A stretch of 64,000 nt of DNA from Octopus sinensis (lineage: Eukaryota): the NCBI RefSeq assembly GCF_006345805.1, contig NC_043001.1, positions 91,388,001 through 91,452,000 on the forward strand, written 5' to 3'. Below, piece after piece: positions 1 through 10,632 of this stretch. The position numbers and the translations under genes are program-made. Numbering within the stretch: position 1 is the first letter of the stretch; each line of letters starts with the position of its first letter. The notes below the pieces were generated by a model that was not told where the DNA came from, did no database searches, and saw only the letters and a program-made list of their open reading frames with translations.

Positions 1-732
1 ATCTCACTGAAGGCGACTTTGGTTTTCATCCTTTTGGTGTTACTGAATTAGTATCAGTTGAGTAACTGGGGTCAATGTAATCAACTAGCCCCCTCCCACA
101 AAATTTCAGGCCTTGTGCCTATAATAGAAAGGATCATCATCATCATTATTATGATTATTATTATTATTTTATAAATCAACACTTATTATTATTAACACTG
201 TTAAATCATCAAAGACCAAGCCTCTTGTTTTGTTTTGTTTTTTTTTTTAATTTTTGTTTCACCATTTAGCAAGGAGGGAAGTCAGTGCCCCATGGCTCAT
301 TACAGGACCTCCAAAAATAATTGGATGGAGGAGGGCAGTTACTCTAGAACTGAAAGTTTGACCTGAATACTTGCAACATCGTGGACTCTGCTAACAGCAT
401 TCAAGGTGCCAGGTGGTGTGTTAAATTGGATGATGGATTAAACCTTTCATTACCTTATTTTCTTTGAAATACAATGTCCTCGTTTTAATTAATTTCAGAA
501 ATACATAAGAATTTAGTAAAAGAACTGTCATTATTAAGATGGTGAATGCTACATAATTTAACATGAAATTTTCATGGGAGATCTTAATTTAGATCACTTT
601 TTATAAATTACATATCCAATATAGGTAGAATCAATAAAATGAGTACTCCATCCTGTGAGATAAATATCAATTTAATACACAACCAAAAGAGCTACAAATA
701 GTTTCATGCTTTTATGATACTATATATTAAAT

Positions 733-1045
733 GTGGAGGCACAATGGTCCAGTGGTTAGGGCAGCGGACTCGTGGTCGTAGGATCGCAGTTTCGATTCCC
801 AGACTGAGCATTGTGAGTGTTTATTGAGCAAAAACACCTAAAGATCCATGAGGCTTTGGCAGGGGGTGGTAGCAATCCCTGCTGTACTCTTTCGCCACAA
901 CTTTCTCTCACTCTTTCTTCTGTTGACCTGCTTGCTTAGCCAGCAGGGTGGCGTCATTTGAAGGCTAAAACAATGCGAAGCGCATTGTGACCAGCGATGT
1001 GTAGCAACATCTGATAGCCTGGTCGGTCACAGTGATCACAGTGAT
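733..1045 (+). mobile_element. tRNA-derived SINE family II (head GTGGAGGCRCAATGGCCCAGTGGTTAGGGCAGCGGACTCG); other copies about 22728-23030, 36410-36710, 55013-55320
   Basis: A-box/B-box-like head (TGGCCCAGTGG; GTTTCGATTCC) and a shared body across four copies. Boundaries approximate. Confidence 0.85.
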
Positions 1046-1168
1046 ATATTAAATGTCAGAATATGAGGATTGCATTGCAAGTGAAAGGTATCAAGCATTT
1101 CAATCAGTAAACTTCATTAGGAATCTAAATTCCAGTAGAAAGAAACTACATGAAAAGATAACACAAAC

Positions 1169-1249
1169 CTCTTGATTCCTTGGTACGTACGCCCCAATTG
1201 ATAGGATGTCGAGGAAGTTGTGGTGCTGCTAGAAGTCGGGCAGGGTCTT
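1169..1249 (-). CDS. ANKS3: Probable ANKS3 coding exon 6 (linker)
   Basis: Acceptor CTTTCCAG|AA, donor G|GTTTGT, 81 nt. Phase 1 to 1, which fits exon 5; open frame (E)DPARLLAAPQLPRHPINWGVRTKESR(G). No strong homology recognised; the call rests on phase and splice sites. Confidence 0.6.
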
Positions 1250-1290
1250 CTGGAAAGCAATTACAGTGATGTATTAATAATATTTTATAA

Positions 1291-1865
1291 CTAGTGTACC
1301 CATGCCATCAGAAATGATGGCATAAAAATGATATAGATAATAAAATTAAAATAAAAACATTACAACCTCTATCTCAGTAATTGCTTCAACACCACATTTC
1401 TAGTGTAAACCCTATCAGCAATGTGTTCACCTTGTTTCAGATGATCCATTTCAGTATTTATTAATTCTTCCCTTCTTTTCCTCGATGTTCTCTCTCTTTC
1501 GATTGCTCTCCTTTATACTGCTTCCTCTTACATTTCATTTTGTCGCCTTTGTGATGCTCTCATTCTTAGATATCCTCTCCTCACTGCTGCTTGCTCTTCT
1601 CTTTCATCTTGGTGCTTTTGTGCTGCTCTCTCTTTTTGGATATCTCTCCTTTGTGCAATTAGGTACTCCTTTTCATTTTGACGTCTTCAAGCCTGTCTTG
1701 AGTCTTGCACTTGTCCCACTTCTTGTGATTGATTTAATAACCTTAATATATTGTTTAATATTCTTGCGTCCAGTTTTTCCTGAGTGAGACTGGCTGTTCT
1801 TCACCTTTGTCTCTCTCTGGCTAACCATTGTCTTCTGTCTGATTCATTCTACATGGCAGGTGGAT
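1291..1865 (-). mobile_element. Internally deleted Helitron remnant
   Basis: 3' CTAG|T end at 1294-1290, preceded by a perfect hairpin ATGCCATCA-gaaa-TGATGGCAT (1302-1323). Minus-strand 1480-1850 gives a stop-riddled charged repeat (RRQNEKE...RASQRRQNEM*EEA) typical of the RepHel N-terminus. 5' end uncertain. Confidence 0.65.
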
Positions 1866-2048
1866 GAGTATATTTAATACAACGGAACACAAACTTCAAA
1901 ACAAATGAGTATATTTGTGTGTGTGTGTGTGTGTGTGTATGTTAGTTTGTTTATATTTCTATACATAACCATACAAAGTCCAAAATTACACAGGATTACA
2001 TTAACAGCATACACACAGTGACTTATTTTTTTTCTGTCTGTCTGTCTA

Positions 2049-2079
<31 letters not shown>

Positions 2080-2316
2080 TTGTTTCACACTCTTTACTGC
2101 CTGAAATAGAAAAAGATCTTGAAGACAAACTTCACCGCTTTGGCAAAATTCCTCATTCATAAATATTTACAAACATCACCGTATTGGCAAGTATTCGTAA
2201 ATATTTATAATTACCTTCCTTTTATATTTAGCTTTCTTTAAACAGACAATATTCTCAAGCTTTCTTTCAATAGACAATATTTTAATTTTATGACTTAAAA
2301 ATTACTACTTATTTAC

Positions 2317-2385
2317 TTTCTGCTTAAAAAGTTGCAAAGTTAATAGAATATAATTCTATTAACTTTGCAACTTTTTAAGCAGAAA
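2317..2385. repeat. Perfect palindrome, 33-bp arms, 3-nt loop
   Basis: TTTCTGCTTAAAAAGTTGCAAAGTTAATAGAAT-ata-ATTCTATTAACTTTGCAACTTTTTAAGCAGAAA read directly from the sequence. Confidence 0.97.
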
Positions 2386-2871
2386 AAAATCTTCCAGAAC
2401 AGTCAAACATCCATAGAGATACAGAAAAAATAATTTTGAGGTGCAAAAATCTTATTTACTTATCTTATATATTGTTATAAATGTTATAAAGGCTTTGGTT
2501 GGTCTGGGGTTGTAATAGAAGACTCTTACCCACAGTGCAACGCAGTAGGACCGAACTTGAAAGTATGCGTTTGAGAAGCAAAGCATATGGTTTTGGTGCC
2601 ATGCAGTAGGACTGAACCTGAAACCACATACTTGCAAAACAAGCTTCTTAACCACACAGCCATGCCTGCACCTATAGTTATGCAGTTTTAATTCATAACC
2701 AATTAATCAGTAATTGGGAGATTTAACCTTATACTCATTATAGAAATCTGAGTAGATTATTAATTAATTAGATAATTAGAAATATAGAATTTGTTGAGCT
2801 TTGTTTTTGTTTTTTGTTTTTTTTTTGTAATGTGGCAAAGACATAGAATAGTTATAAATATTTCCCCTCAC

Positions 2872-2983
2872 CTCGCATGGCTACATGTTGGTCAATAAGA
2901 CTGACAATCTTCATATATCCATTGATAAGAGCCAGTGACCGGGCAGTGTCTCCAATGATGGTCTTAGCATTAAAATGAACACC
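2872..2983 (-). CDS. ANKS3: ANKS3 coding exon 5 (last ankyrin repeat)
   Basis: Acceptor TTTCAG|GGT, donor G|GTGAG, 112 nt, phase 0 to 1. Encodes GVHFNAKTIIGDTARSLALINGYMKIVSLIDQHVAMR; human has GVKVDARDHSGATARMLAKQYGHMKIVALMD. Confidence 0.88.
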
Positions 2984-3834
2984 CTGAAATTACAGAAATT
3001 ACAAGAATTCATAAGAGAGATAGATAGATACATAGATAGATACATAGATAGATAGATAGATAGATAGAGAGAGAGAGGGGTAAATAAAGGTTCATAAAAG
3101 AAATGAAAGGGTAAAATGTTAAAAGCATAACACAGCATATAAATATTTTATTTGGTGGCATAAAAGAAGATGCAGCCCTAATCTTGGCAGCAGATAGTCA
3201 AGAAAAAAATAGTTATTAGTGCATTAATGGATGTAAAATTTAAAGGCGACTAGCTGGTAGAATCAATAGCCTGCCAGGTGAAATGCTTAGCTGCACTATG
3301 TCTATCTCTATGTTCTGAGTTCAAATTCCGCCGAGGTTGATTTTTGTCTTTCATCCTCTCAGGGTCGATAAAGTAAATACCAGTGGAGCACTGGGGTCAA
3401 TCTAATTGACCTCTCCCTGAACTTGCTGGCCTTGTGCCAAAATTTGAAACCAACATATAACCCTTTCATTACTGTATTTATTTTGAAATACTCTGTGTTT
3501 CTTTCAATTAATTAACAAAGAATTTAGTAAAATTTAGTAAAATAACATCGTTATCATTAAGCTCGTGTTAGGAACATAAATTGTGACTAAGATTTGGTGG
3601 AAGATTTGAATTCAAAACTTATGAAACCAAGACATTTATACTAATGAGCCAGAGCCGGTTTCAGCCATGTTGACACAAGCATTATTATGCTGGAAAAATG
3701 CTTAGTGGCATTTCTTCAGACTTTACATTTTGAGTTCAACTAGGATTGGCTTTGCTTTTATTTCTTTTGTGGGGCCGATAAAATAAATACCATTTAAACA
3801 CTGGGTTCAATGTAATCAACTTGCTTCATTGTTA

Positions 3835-4119
3835 TAAGCTTGCTGAAGCATGTTCAGTCTTTGTAGCAGATTTCCCAAGTTTAATGTAAAATCTCACATT
3901 GGCTCTCTGTTCTAACTACCTGTCTATGACAAAAATCGCAGACCACGACCTACACGTGATCACAAAAACACAAATTTCACAACTTGTGAAGTAAACACAG
4001 TGATGTCACTCAGCACACTACCTCATGAAGGTCACTGCTACCTCTCACCCTGTACGCAACTGTGTGCTGCCATCTACTGGTGTGCTACAGAACTAGTCTG
4101 AGAACTTTTTTTGATACCA
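3835..4119 (-). mobile_element. mariner 5' fragment (same family as 16736-17068)
   Basis: Reverse-complement similarity to 16736-17000, including the TGGTATCAAAAA end, GATGGCAGCAC and the start of the transposase. Confidence 0.7.
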
Positions 4120-6224
4120 CTTATCTATAAAAGGTTTATAAGTTATTTTGTTTAGAATAACAAAAGACAGTAAAACAGCAAAATCATTAGTGTTGGACAT
4201 ACATTAATATATGTTAGTTCAAATCCTGCCAAAATCAGCTTTACTTTTCATCATTCTGGGGCCAGTAAAATACAGTACCAGTCAGATGTAATACATTATC
4301 AGAAATAATTAGAACACTGACAAAATGTTTTGCAGTTATTATCTGGACTCTGTATTTTCTGAGTGCCCAGAAAAGTGGGTTGAAATTAAAATAATAGACA
4401 GAGAACACCACGGGGAAAATACAAAAACTAAAAGAAGCAGCACATATGCTAGGACACAACAACCTCCTAAGCAGACCGTGTGCAGATATGAATAGCATAT
4501 GGGAACCGGTATCAAGGAAGGATAGGAGAATATTAGATTTGTAAACCCTAAAATTCACTCTATAATTGCTCACGGGCATATGGCATAGTGGTTAAGAGCA
4601 CTGGCTACTAACTCCAAGATTTCGATTCCAGGCAGTGACCTGGAATAATAATGATAACGATAACAGCAATAACAATGAGAACCCAGGTTCGAAATTTCCC
4701 CAAGACACCTGATGAAGGCTGGAGGGTATATCAGCTGAAACATTGTTAACAACAAACACGATGAAGACAAATATCCGTCAAATGTAAATAGTGTAAATAA
4801 TGGTCTACATATGTCTTGCAAGATGGTGACTTGTAGGAGAAAAGGATCTTTTTCCTTTTGAACGGCACTTTGTAACATAATTTCTAGGTAACTAAAAAGT
4901 TTTAAACTTCGTATACTGGTAGAATGTGTTTATAAAACATCATTTTCTCTTGGCTTTATTGAGAAAATTCTATAGTTTGTAAGATATTTCGTCTGAAATT
5001 ACTTGCATTTCGGCAATTTTAACCTATCACTCGAGTCCATTTAGGTAAATAACATTCTGTGCATAATGAATATGTCCCTCCTTTAGGAAACAGATTGGGT
5101 TTATTTACATTTGTGAAGAAAAAAAAAAGATACCCTTCCCCAACCCGTTCAAAAGGAACCCAAAGAAATGCAATGGAAATCATCTTTATATTCTCCAATG
5201 AAGATTCTATAACATACTCATAGTACTTGTCAAAATATCACCAGGGTTTGTTTGTCAATCTGATGATACAAAACAACAACAACAAAAACTAAACAAAATG
5301 TAAAACGCCCCCAAATCACAGTAAGCTTAATATAGTAAATGAAAATTACGCTTTCACTTCATTATCATCGTTGTTTTATTGTCTACTTTTGTCTACTTGC
5401 TGGGTCAGATGACAGTATGCTGTAGCAGAGTTCTTTACATCAGGGTGGCCTTCCTAGCGCTGATCCCCTATTGTCTCCAAGAAAAGTAATAATCTCCCAG
5501 TCTACTGAACAAGAAACTAAACATGGTTATGCTGAAAGCTTGAAACAAATGATATGAATAAATCTTTCCTTTACAAAGATTGTCTAACATGTCAGTACAT
5601 GTCAAGAAACCCAGCCATGACTTCATGGTGGACTGCTATCAAATTACACCGTCTGAATTAAGCCATTGTTTATCACTATTGAACGCACGAGAAGACGTGA
5701 GGAAGTATGAACTCATTTAAACACACACACAACACGCAAACACGCACTCACATCAAACACATTTATTATTCTTTTACGATGGCTTAGCTGGCCGAAACTT
5801 CAAAGTCGCTGTCAACAACATTCTAGTATAAGAATAATAAATTTGTATCTACAAAGATATAGAGCAGGCCTGGCCAACTCGAATTACATTGCGGGCCACT
5901 TTAATCGCAGAAAGTTTTTTGAGGGCTGCTTGTATACTTTATGCACTAATAGTCAAGTAATCAAATTACAGAATCAAGAATTTTTCATACTTTTCGTTTG
6001 TTTAAAATTATAAAATTGTAGGTTATTGATTTATTGCCTCTTATAAATTTTAAATTTATTTTGAAACAAATGTTTTACACAAACAATTTTATTTTGAAAT
6101 TAAACACAATACTTGAAGAAAGTATCAAGTGGACCGCAAGATAAAAGTCCTGGTATGGGGTAACCCATTAGATTAATGTAAAATTGTTTTATAACTGAAC
6201 ATAAAAACAAACACACACACACAC

Positions 6225-6382
6225 CCAAAAAGTATAGTATTAGATATCCATCATGGCTGATCTAAAAATATGGAACACTTCACGAATTTGCGTGGCCCCT
6301 GCATAAGGATGACATGCAAATTCATGAAACGTTCCATATTTTTAGATCAGTCATGATGGATATTTAAAACTATACTTTTCGG
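6225..6382. pseudogene. U6: U6 snRNA 3'-fragment pseudogene embedded in a 70-bp-arm inverted repeat
   Basis: 6293-6343 matches the U6 3' end TGGCCCCTGCGCAAGGATGACACGCAAATTCGTGAAGCGTTCCATATTTTT at 46/51. 6264-6294 is the antisense U6 3' end. Arms 6225-6294 and 6313-6382 pair at 62/70. Confidence 0.9.
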
Positions 6383-7347
6383 ATAAATATACCCACTCTG
6401 ACAGATACACGAGTGCATCTTTTCCCTGACTTATGGCCTCTTAGACGACTCACGCGTACTGTTGTATTTCGGGACGGTCATTTTTTTTTTGCCAAATAAA
6501 CACACGCACTATATATTCATTCTTAACAGTAATACCTGTCATTGAGTGGGTAATTACTTTTCTGTTTCTCGGGCCGAGAAGCTAGAAAAATAGGTATACC
6601 ACATAGAAGAATAGCTTTACAGAAACCGGTTGACTGTGATGGCACTGAAAAGGCTGCAGGTCACGTGGAACATCACTTCATATAGAAAAATCATTGCACG
6701 TTGTGCGTTTGTTTGGTGTTCGTTCTTTGACGGTCTCTCTTTTTTTTTTAGTAGACATTTTTTTGATTAGGAATATCAGTAAGTAATAGTGAAATGAAAT
6801 TACAAATGTTGTGTCCTGTTAGTGTTAGTACTGAAATTCCGACGCTATATTACGGGAATGGAAGGCAAAGCAACAGTAAGTAACAGTCCAATGAAATTAC
6901 AAATGCTGTGTCCTGTAAGTCAGATTTAGGTTTACTTGTCCTGTATGTGTATATTATATAAGAGAAAAACATGTAATAATTGAAGTGGAAAAACGATGGA
7001 TTTCATATACGAACTTCTGTTTGTTCTTCATATGGCGAAAGAAAGTGGTATAAGAAATTGTAAGAGCTTAAATTTGAATGGAACATTTGATCATATAACT
7101 GGTATGTGAGGAACGAAGATAGTATCACGTTTACCACTAGTGAGAATATTTGCTTCAGTGCAGTTCGTCATAGGTTTGTGCACAAGTAGTGTCGCCTCCC
7201 TTGAATCACTTACCTTCAATTTATGGGACAAACACACAAATGGATAGAATCTCTCTTTTATATATATATACATACATACGTACAAAGGGTGCGGTGGGTA
7301 AATTGTCACCAGTTTTTATTTTTTATTTCACGCACGCGCATTGTTTG

Positions 7348-9355
7348 TCTTTGATGAGCAAGTGTAATGAACTGCGTATAAATTGTTTGTCAGCGTATAT
7401 GAAGGATGATATGATAGAGAGGTATGAAAGAGAAATGAAGGGTGAGGTAAAAGACTTTGGAATTGTGATAGGAAACGGAAAGGTAAGTGATGCTGGCGGA
7501 GGGGGCCGTTAACATCGCTTTCATATTATCATTTTTTTCATTTTAATATTCATTTACTCATAATTTTAATCACATTGTTTTATATCCCCCATGTCTTGTA
7601 ATGTTCCCTCTTCGTAGCCCCTAGTGGGTAATAAAGAAATAGAAAGACAACACCATGAGTTCGGTCGTGTTTTTTTACGCTCGTAAAATTCGGTAAAAAA
7701 GATCAAAAAGAATTGTTGTTGTTGTGGAAATTTTGAACGGCGTTGAAGCGGTTTCGCGTTTCGCTGGTTCTGCGCGTTACACTTTTTCTGTTTTGGCGGC
7801 CGTTTTCGGCCTGTCAGACAGGAGGAAATGGATGACCACTCCCTAGTGGAGGAGTCGGAGGAGGAATGGATATTTGAGAACTTGTCGGAGACATCGAACT
7901 CTGAAGACGAGCAAACCGGTGATGTAAATAATGTGGAGATAAAAAACAGGAAAACGTACGCAGGAGTTGCAAAAAAGAAGACGGCACAGGAAAAGGAAAT
8001 AAACCTAGAAAAATTGCCAGGTTTCCAGAGGTATATGAGGAAGGATAGCGGCGAGGTGGAACTGGAACCACCACCAAAGAGAAAGGAATGGTACAATAAA
8101 AGGACCATTATTTACAGGGTGTTCGCAAACGAAAGAAAGAAAATAGAAGTTGTAAACATGGAGTGGATAGAGGAGGCCCTGAGAAGATCGGAGGAGGAAA
8201 TCATTTTTCTGACTCGAGGATCGAAGTACGGTACTGTAGTGGTACATTTTAAAAGTGAGACTGCAGCGAGGAAGATGGCGGTGAAGGCGGTGAAGTCAGA
8301 AAAGGTAACACTTTTACCTATGTATTTGAATAGAAGGATTACACGAGTGAGGGTGGAGGGAGTGCCACCAAACGTTGAGGCAGAGTGGATTGTGGCGGCT
8401 GTGATTAGCGGCCACGAGGAGGAAGTGGATATTCTCCATGCCTCGGTCAAGACCGAGGGCTGGAGAGGCGTAGCAGTGGAGCTGAACGTGCAGGCAGAAA
8501 ACGAGGTACTGGTGGACCTGGCGGAAAGCATCAGATTGGGAGACGTGATTATGAGAGTGTGGGTGGAGGGCAGAGCTCCACGTTGTTACAAGTGTGGCCT
8601 GAGGGGCCACATAAGAGCCTTCTGCCCTCCCCCACCAAGAGAAAAGGAAATCGTTGAGGAAGCTCCAAAAGAGGAGCCCCCAAAAGAGGAAGAAATTAAA
8701 GAGAAGCAGACGGAAAGGGAAACGACAGAGGAGGAGGAGATGCAAAAAGAGTGGGAGGAGGGCAGAAAGAAGAGAAAAGGAAAAACTGTGCGAAGCCCCA
8801 ACCCACCCCAACACCACCCACACCCTTGGAGATCCATCCTGCCCCTGCAAACAGCGATTCCACCCACTCCCCGCCTACAAGAAAAACGAAAACAGACACA
8901 CAGAACATACAAAGGCCCCAGTCCTACTTTTTATGTGTTGTGAGGAAGGGGGATACCGAGAACGCAAGAAGGATTTTTGAGGACGATGTATGGCAAGAGT
9001 ATGAAGACGGTAGCTACGCGGTGTTTGATTCTGAACTTATGGGCTCTTTGATGAGCAAGTGTAATGAACTGCGTATAAATTGTTTGTCAGCGTATATGAA
9101 GGATGATATGATAGAGAGGTATGAAAGAGAAATGAAGGGTGAGGTAAAAGACTTTGGAATTGTGATAGGAAACGGAAAGGTAAGTGATGCTGGCGGAGGG
9201 GGCCGTTAACATCGCTTTCATATTATCATTTTTTTCATTTTAACATTCATTTACTCATAATTTTAATCACATTGTTTTATATCCCCCATGTCTTGTAATG
9301 TTCCCTCTTCGTAGCCCCTAGTGGGTAATAAAGAAATAGAAAGACAACACCATGA
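7348..9355 (+). mobile_element. Tx1/L1-like non-LTR element encoding ORF1 only: full copy 7659-9338 preceded by a 5'-truncated copy 7348-7641
   Basis: 311-bp direct repeats 7348-7658 and 9045-9355 (one mismatch seen). CpG-rich 5' UTR 7659-7827. AATAAA-containing 3' end. No APE or RT sequence between ORF1 and the 3' UTR. Confidence 0.8.
7828..9209 (+). CDS. Tx1-like ORF1 nucleic-acid-binding protein (RRM-like region plus CX2CX4HX4C zinc knuckle), probably with one frameshift near 8800
   Basis: ORF 7828-8943 has TYAGVA, LLPMYLNRRITRVRVEGVPP and RCYKCGLRGHIRAFCP motifs. The overlapping frame 8751-9209 supplies a more protein-like C-terminus (YFLCVVRKGDTENARRIFEDDVWQEY...GGGGR*). Confidence 0.8.
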
Positions 9356-10632
9356 CGCAATTCACCCTGCCAGAAATTTGGAAACGACATGCTGTACTGC
9401 TTGGCATTCGCGCCGGAAGCTCCAATACGAACATTTCAGAGTGTTTAGGTATCAATAAGAGGACATGTACCAGGAATGAGAAAAATCAAACATCCAGTGA
9501 ACATCATGGTGTTTGGAGTGATCTCTAGTGACGGCGGCATTATGCTTCCATTCAGCTTCCCACACGGCCTCAAACTCTACACGGAGACCTACATGAAGTG
9601 CCTGGGGAAGGTAGTGCTGCCCTGGGTCAAGAGGGTGGCTAGGCAACAGGACTCTGCACCATGCCACACAAGCAGGAGAACCCAGTCATAGCTGTCAGAC
9701 AATTTCTGCGACCACATCACCCCTAACATCTGGCTACCTAACTCTCCAGACTGTAATCCCCTTGATTATTATGTGTGGGGCGCAGTTGAGCGAGAGACCA
9801 ACAAAATTCCCTGTAACACCAAAGATGAACTGAAGGCAAGGATTATGGCAGCATTCACCAACTTAAACAATGAGACTGACCAGAAGAGTTGCTGGAGATT
9901 CTAAAGTCGTCTGGAGGCCGTGGTTGAAGCCAATTGCAATTTTATTGAACAAATTTACTCAGTAGTATTTCAAGATATTTTTTTATGTAATTTTGGTAAA
10001 TATATCTATAAAAATGAGATGCCAATGTTATTTTTATCCAGGACATGCTAGTCATGCACTGCATGTCCGTTGGGGTTTTTTTTTATATAACTCAAAAATT
10101 ATTTTAAAAACATAATGTATTTATAACCACATTGAAAAGTTGTCCAAATCATTGGAAACTGAGCTAAAATAGTTAATTTGCTTTAAAGGAAACCCGTCCT
10201 GATTGATACTTCGCTGTATTCCCATTTTGCTTCCTCTGGGTATGCTTTAAGAAAAACGTATAGGAAATCTTTTGTACCCTCCCCCACTTCCTATCTTTAA
10301 ATAGCTATCATTTCTCTTCTGCCTATCTGTAAAGTCAATGCCTGTAAGATTTTTTTTTCCTTGATAAAGTAACTGCTGAACTCATGCTTTTGATGAAGGC
10401 GAATGTTAAGCTTTGATCTCCCCTCCCTTTCTATCAGTTCGTCTTCGTCAACCCGTAAAAGTTCTGACCAATACATATCAACAATCTCATAATTCTTAAT
10501 TAGTCAGCTCAAATGTTTGGAATATCTTTCTACTGAAATTACCTGATTTGCGAATCTACAAGAAATTCATGAGACAATTTCAGTTTAATTTGTATGAAAA
10601 GAATAAATAGTTAACTGGTAGTGTTACGCTTA

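Larger units (their letters stand above)
7281..10035 (+). mobile_element. Tc1/mariner DD37D (maT) transposon remnant, internally deleted and interrupted by a retroelement
   Basis: Left end TACAAAGGGTGCGGTG. N-terminus MTQFTLPEIWKRHAVLLGIRAGSSNTNISECLG from 9352. Catalytic region VMVFGVIS-like ...QQDSAPCHTS...W-PNSPDCNPLDYYVWG has 37 residues between the 2nd and 3rd Asp. In-frame stops present; right TIR missing. Confidence 0.88.

Noticed and set aside
733-810. tRNA genes at SINE heads (also 36410, 55013, 55690-55756)
   Set aside because: They have A/B-box-like motifs but no complete cloverleaf, and they run into repeated SINE bodies.
1485-1787. Hydrophobic 100-aa 'membrane protein' ORF
   Set aside because: It is the antisense of the Helitron charged repeat.
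5865-6150. hAT-like MITE (CAGGCCTGGCCAAC start)
   Set aside because: Only one plausible end was found and no 8-bp TSD.
6293-6343. Functional U6 snRNA gene
   Set aside because: The 5' half including the ACAGAGA box is absent and there are five substitutions.
7566-8912. Minus-strand ORFs over the Tx1-like element (and plus-strand ORFs at 41531-43676 over the LINE)
   Set aside because: Shadow frames of genuine coding strands.
7348-9355. LTR retrotransposon (gag-only, TR-GAG-like) reading of the 311-bp direct repeats
   Set aside because: No TG...CA termini, PBS or PPT. The repeat contains the ORF C-terminus and ends in host transposon sequence, which fits tandem non-LTR insertion better.
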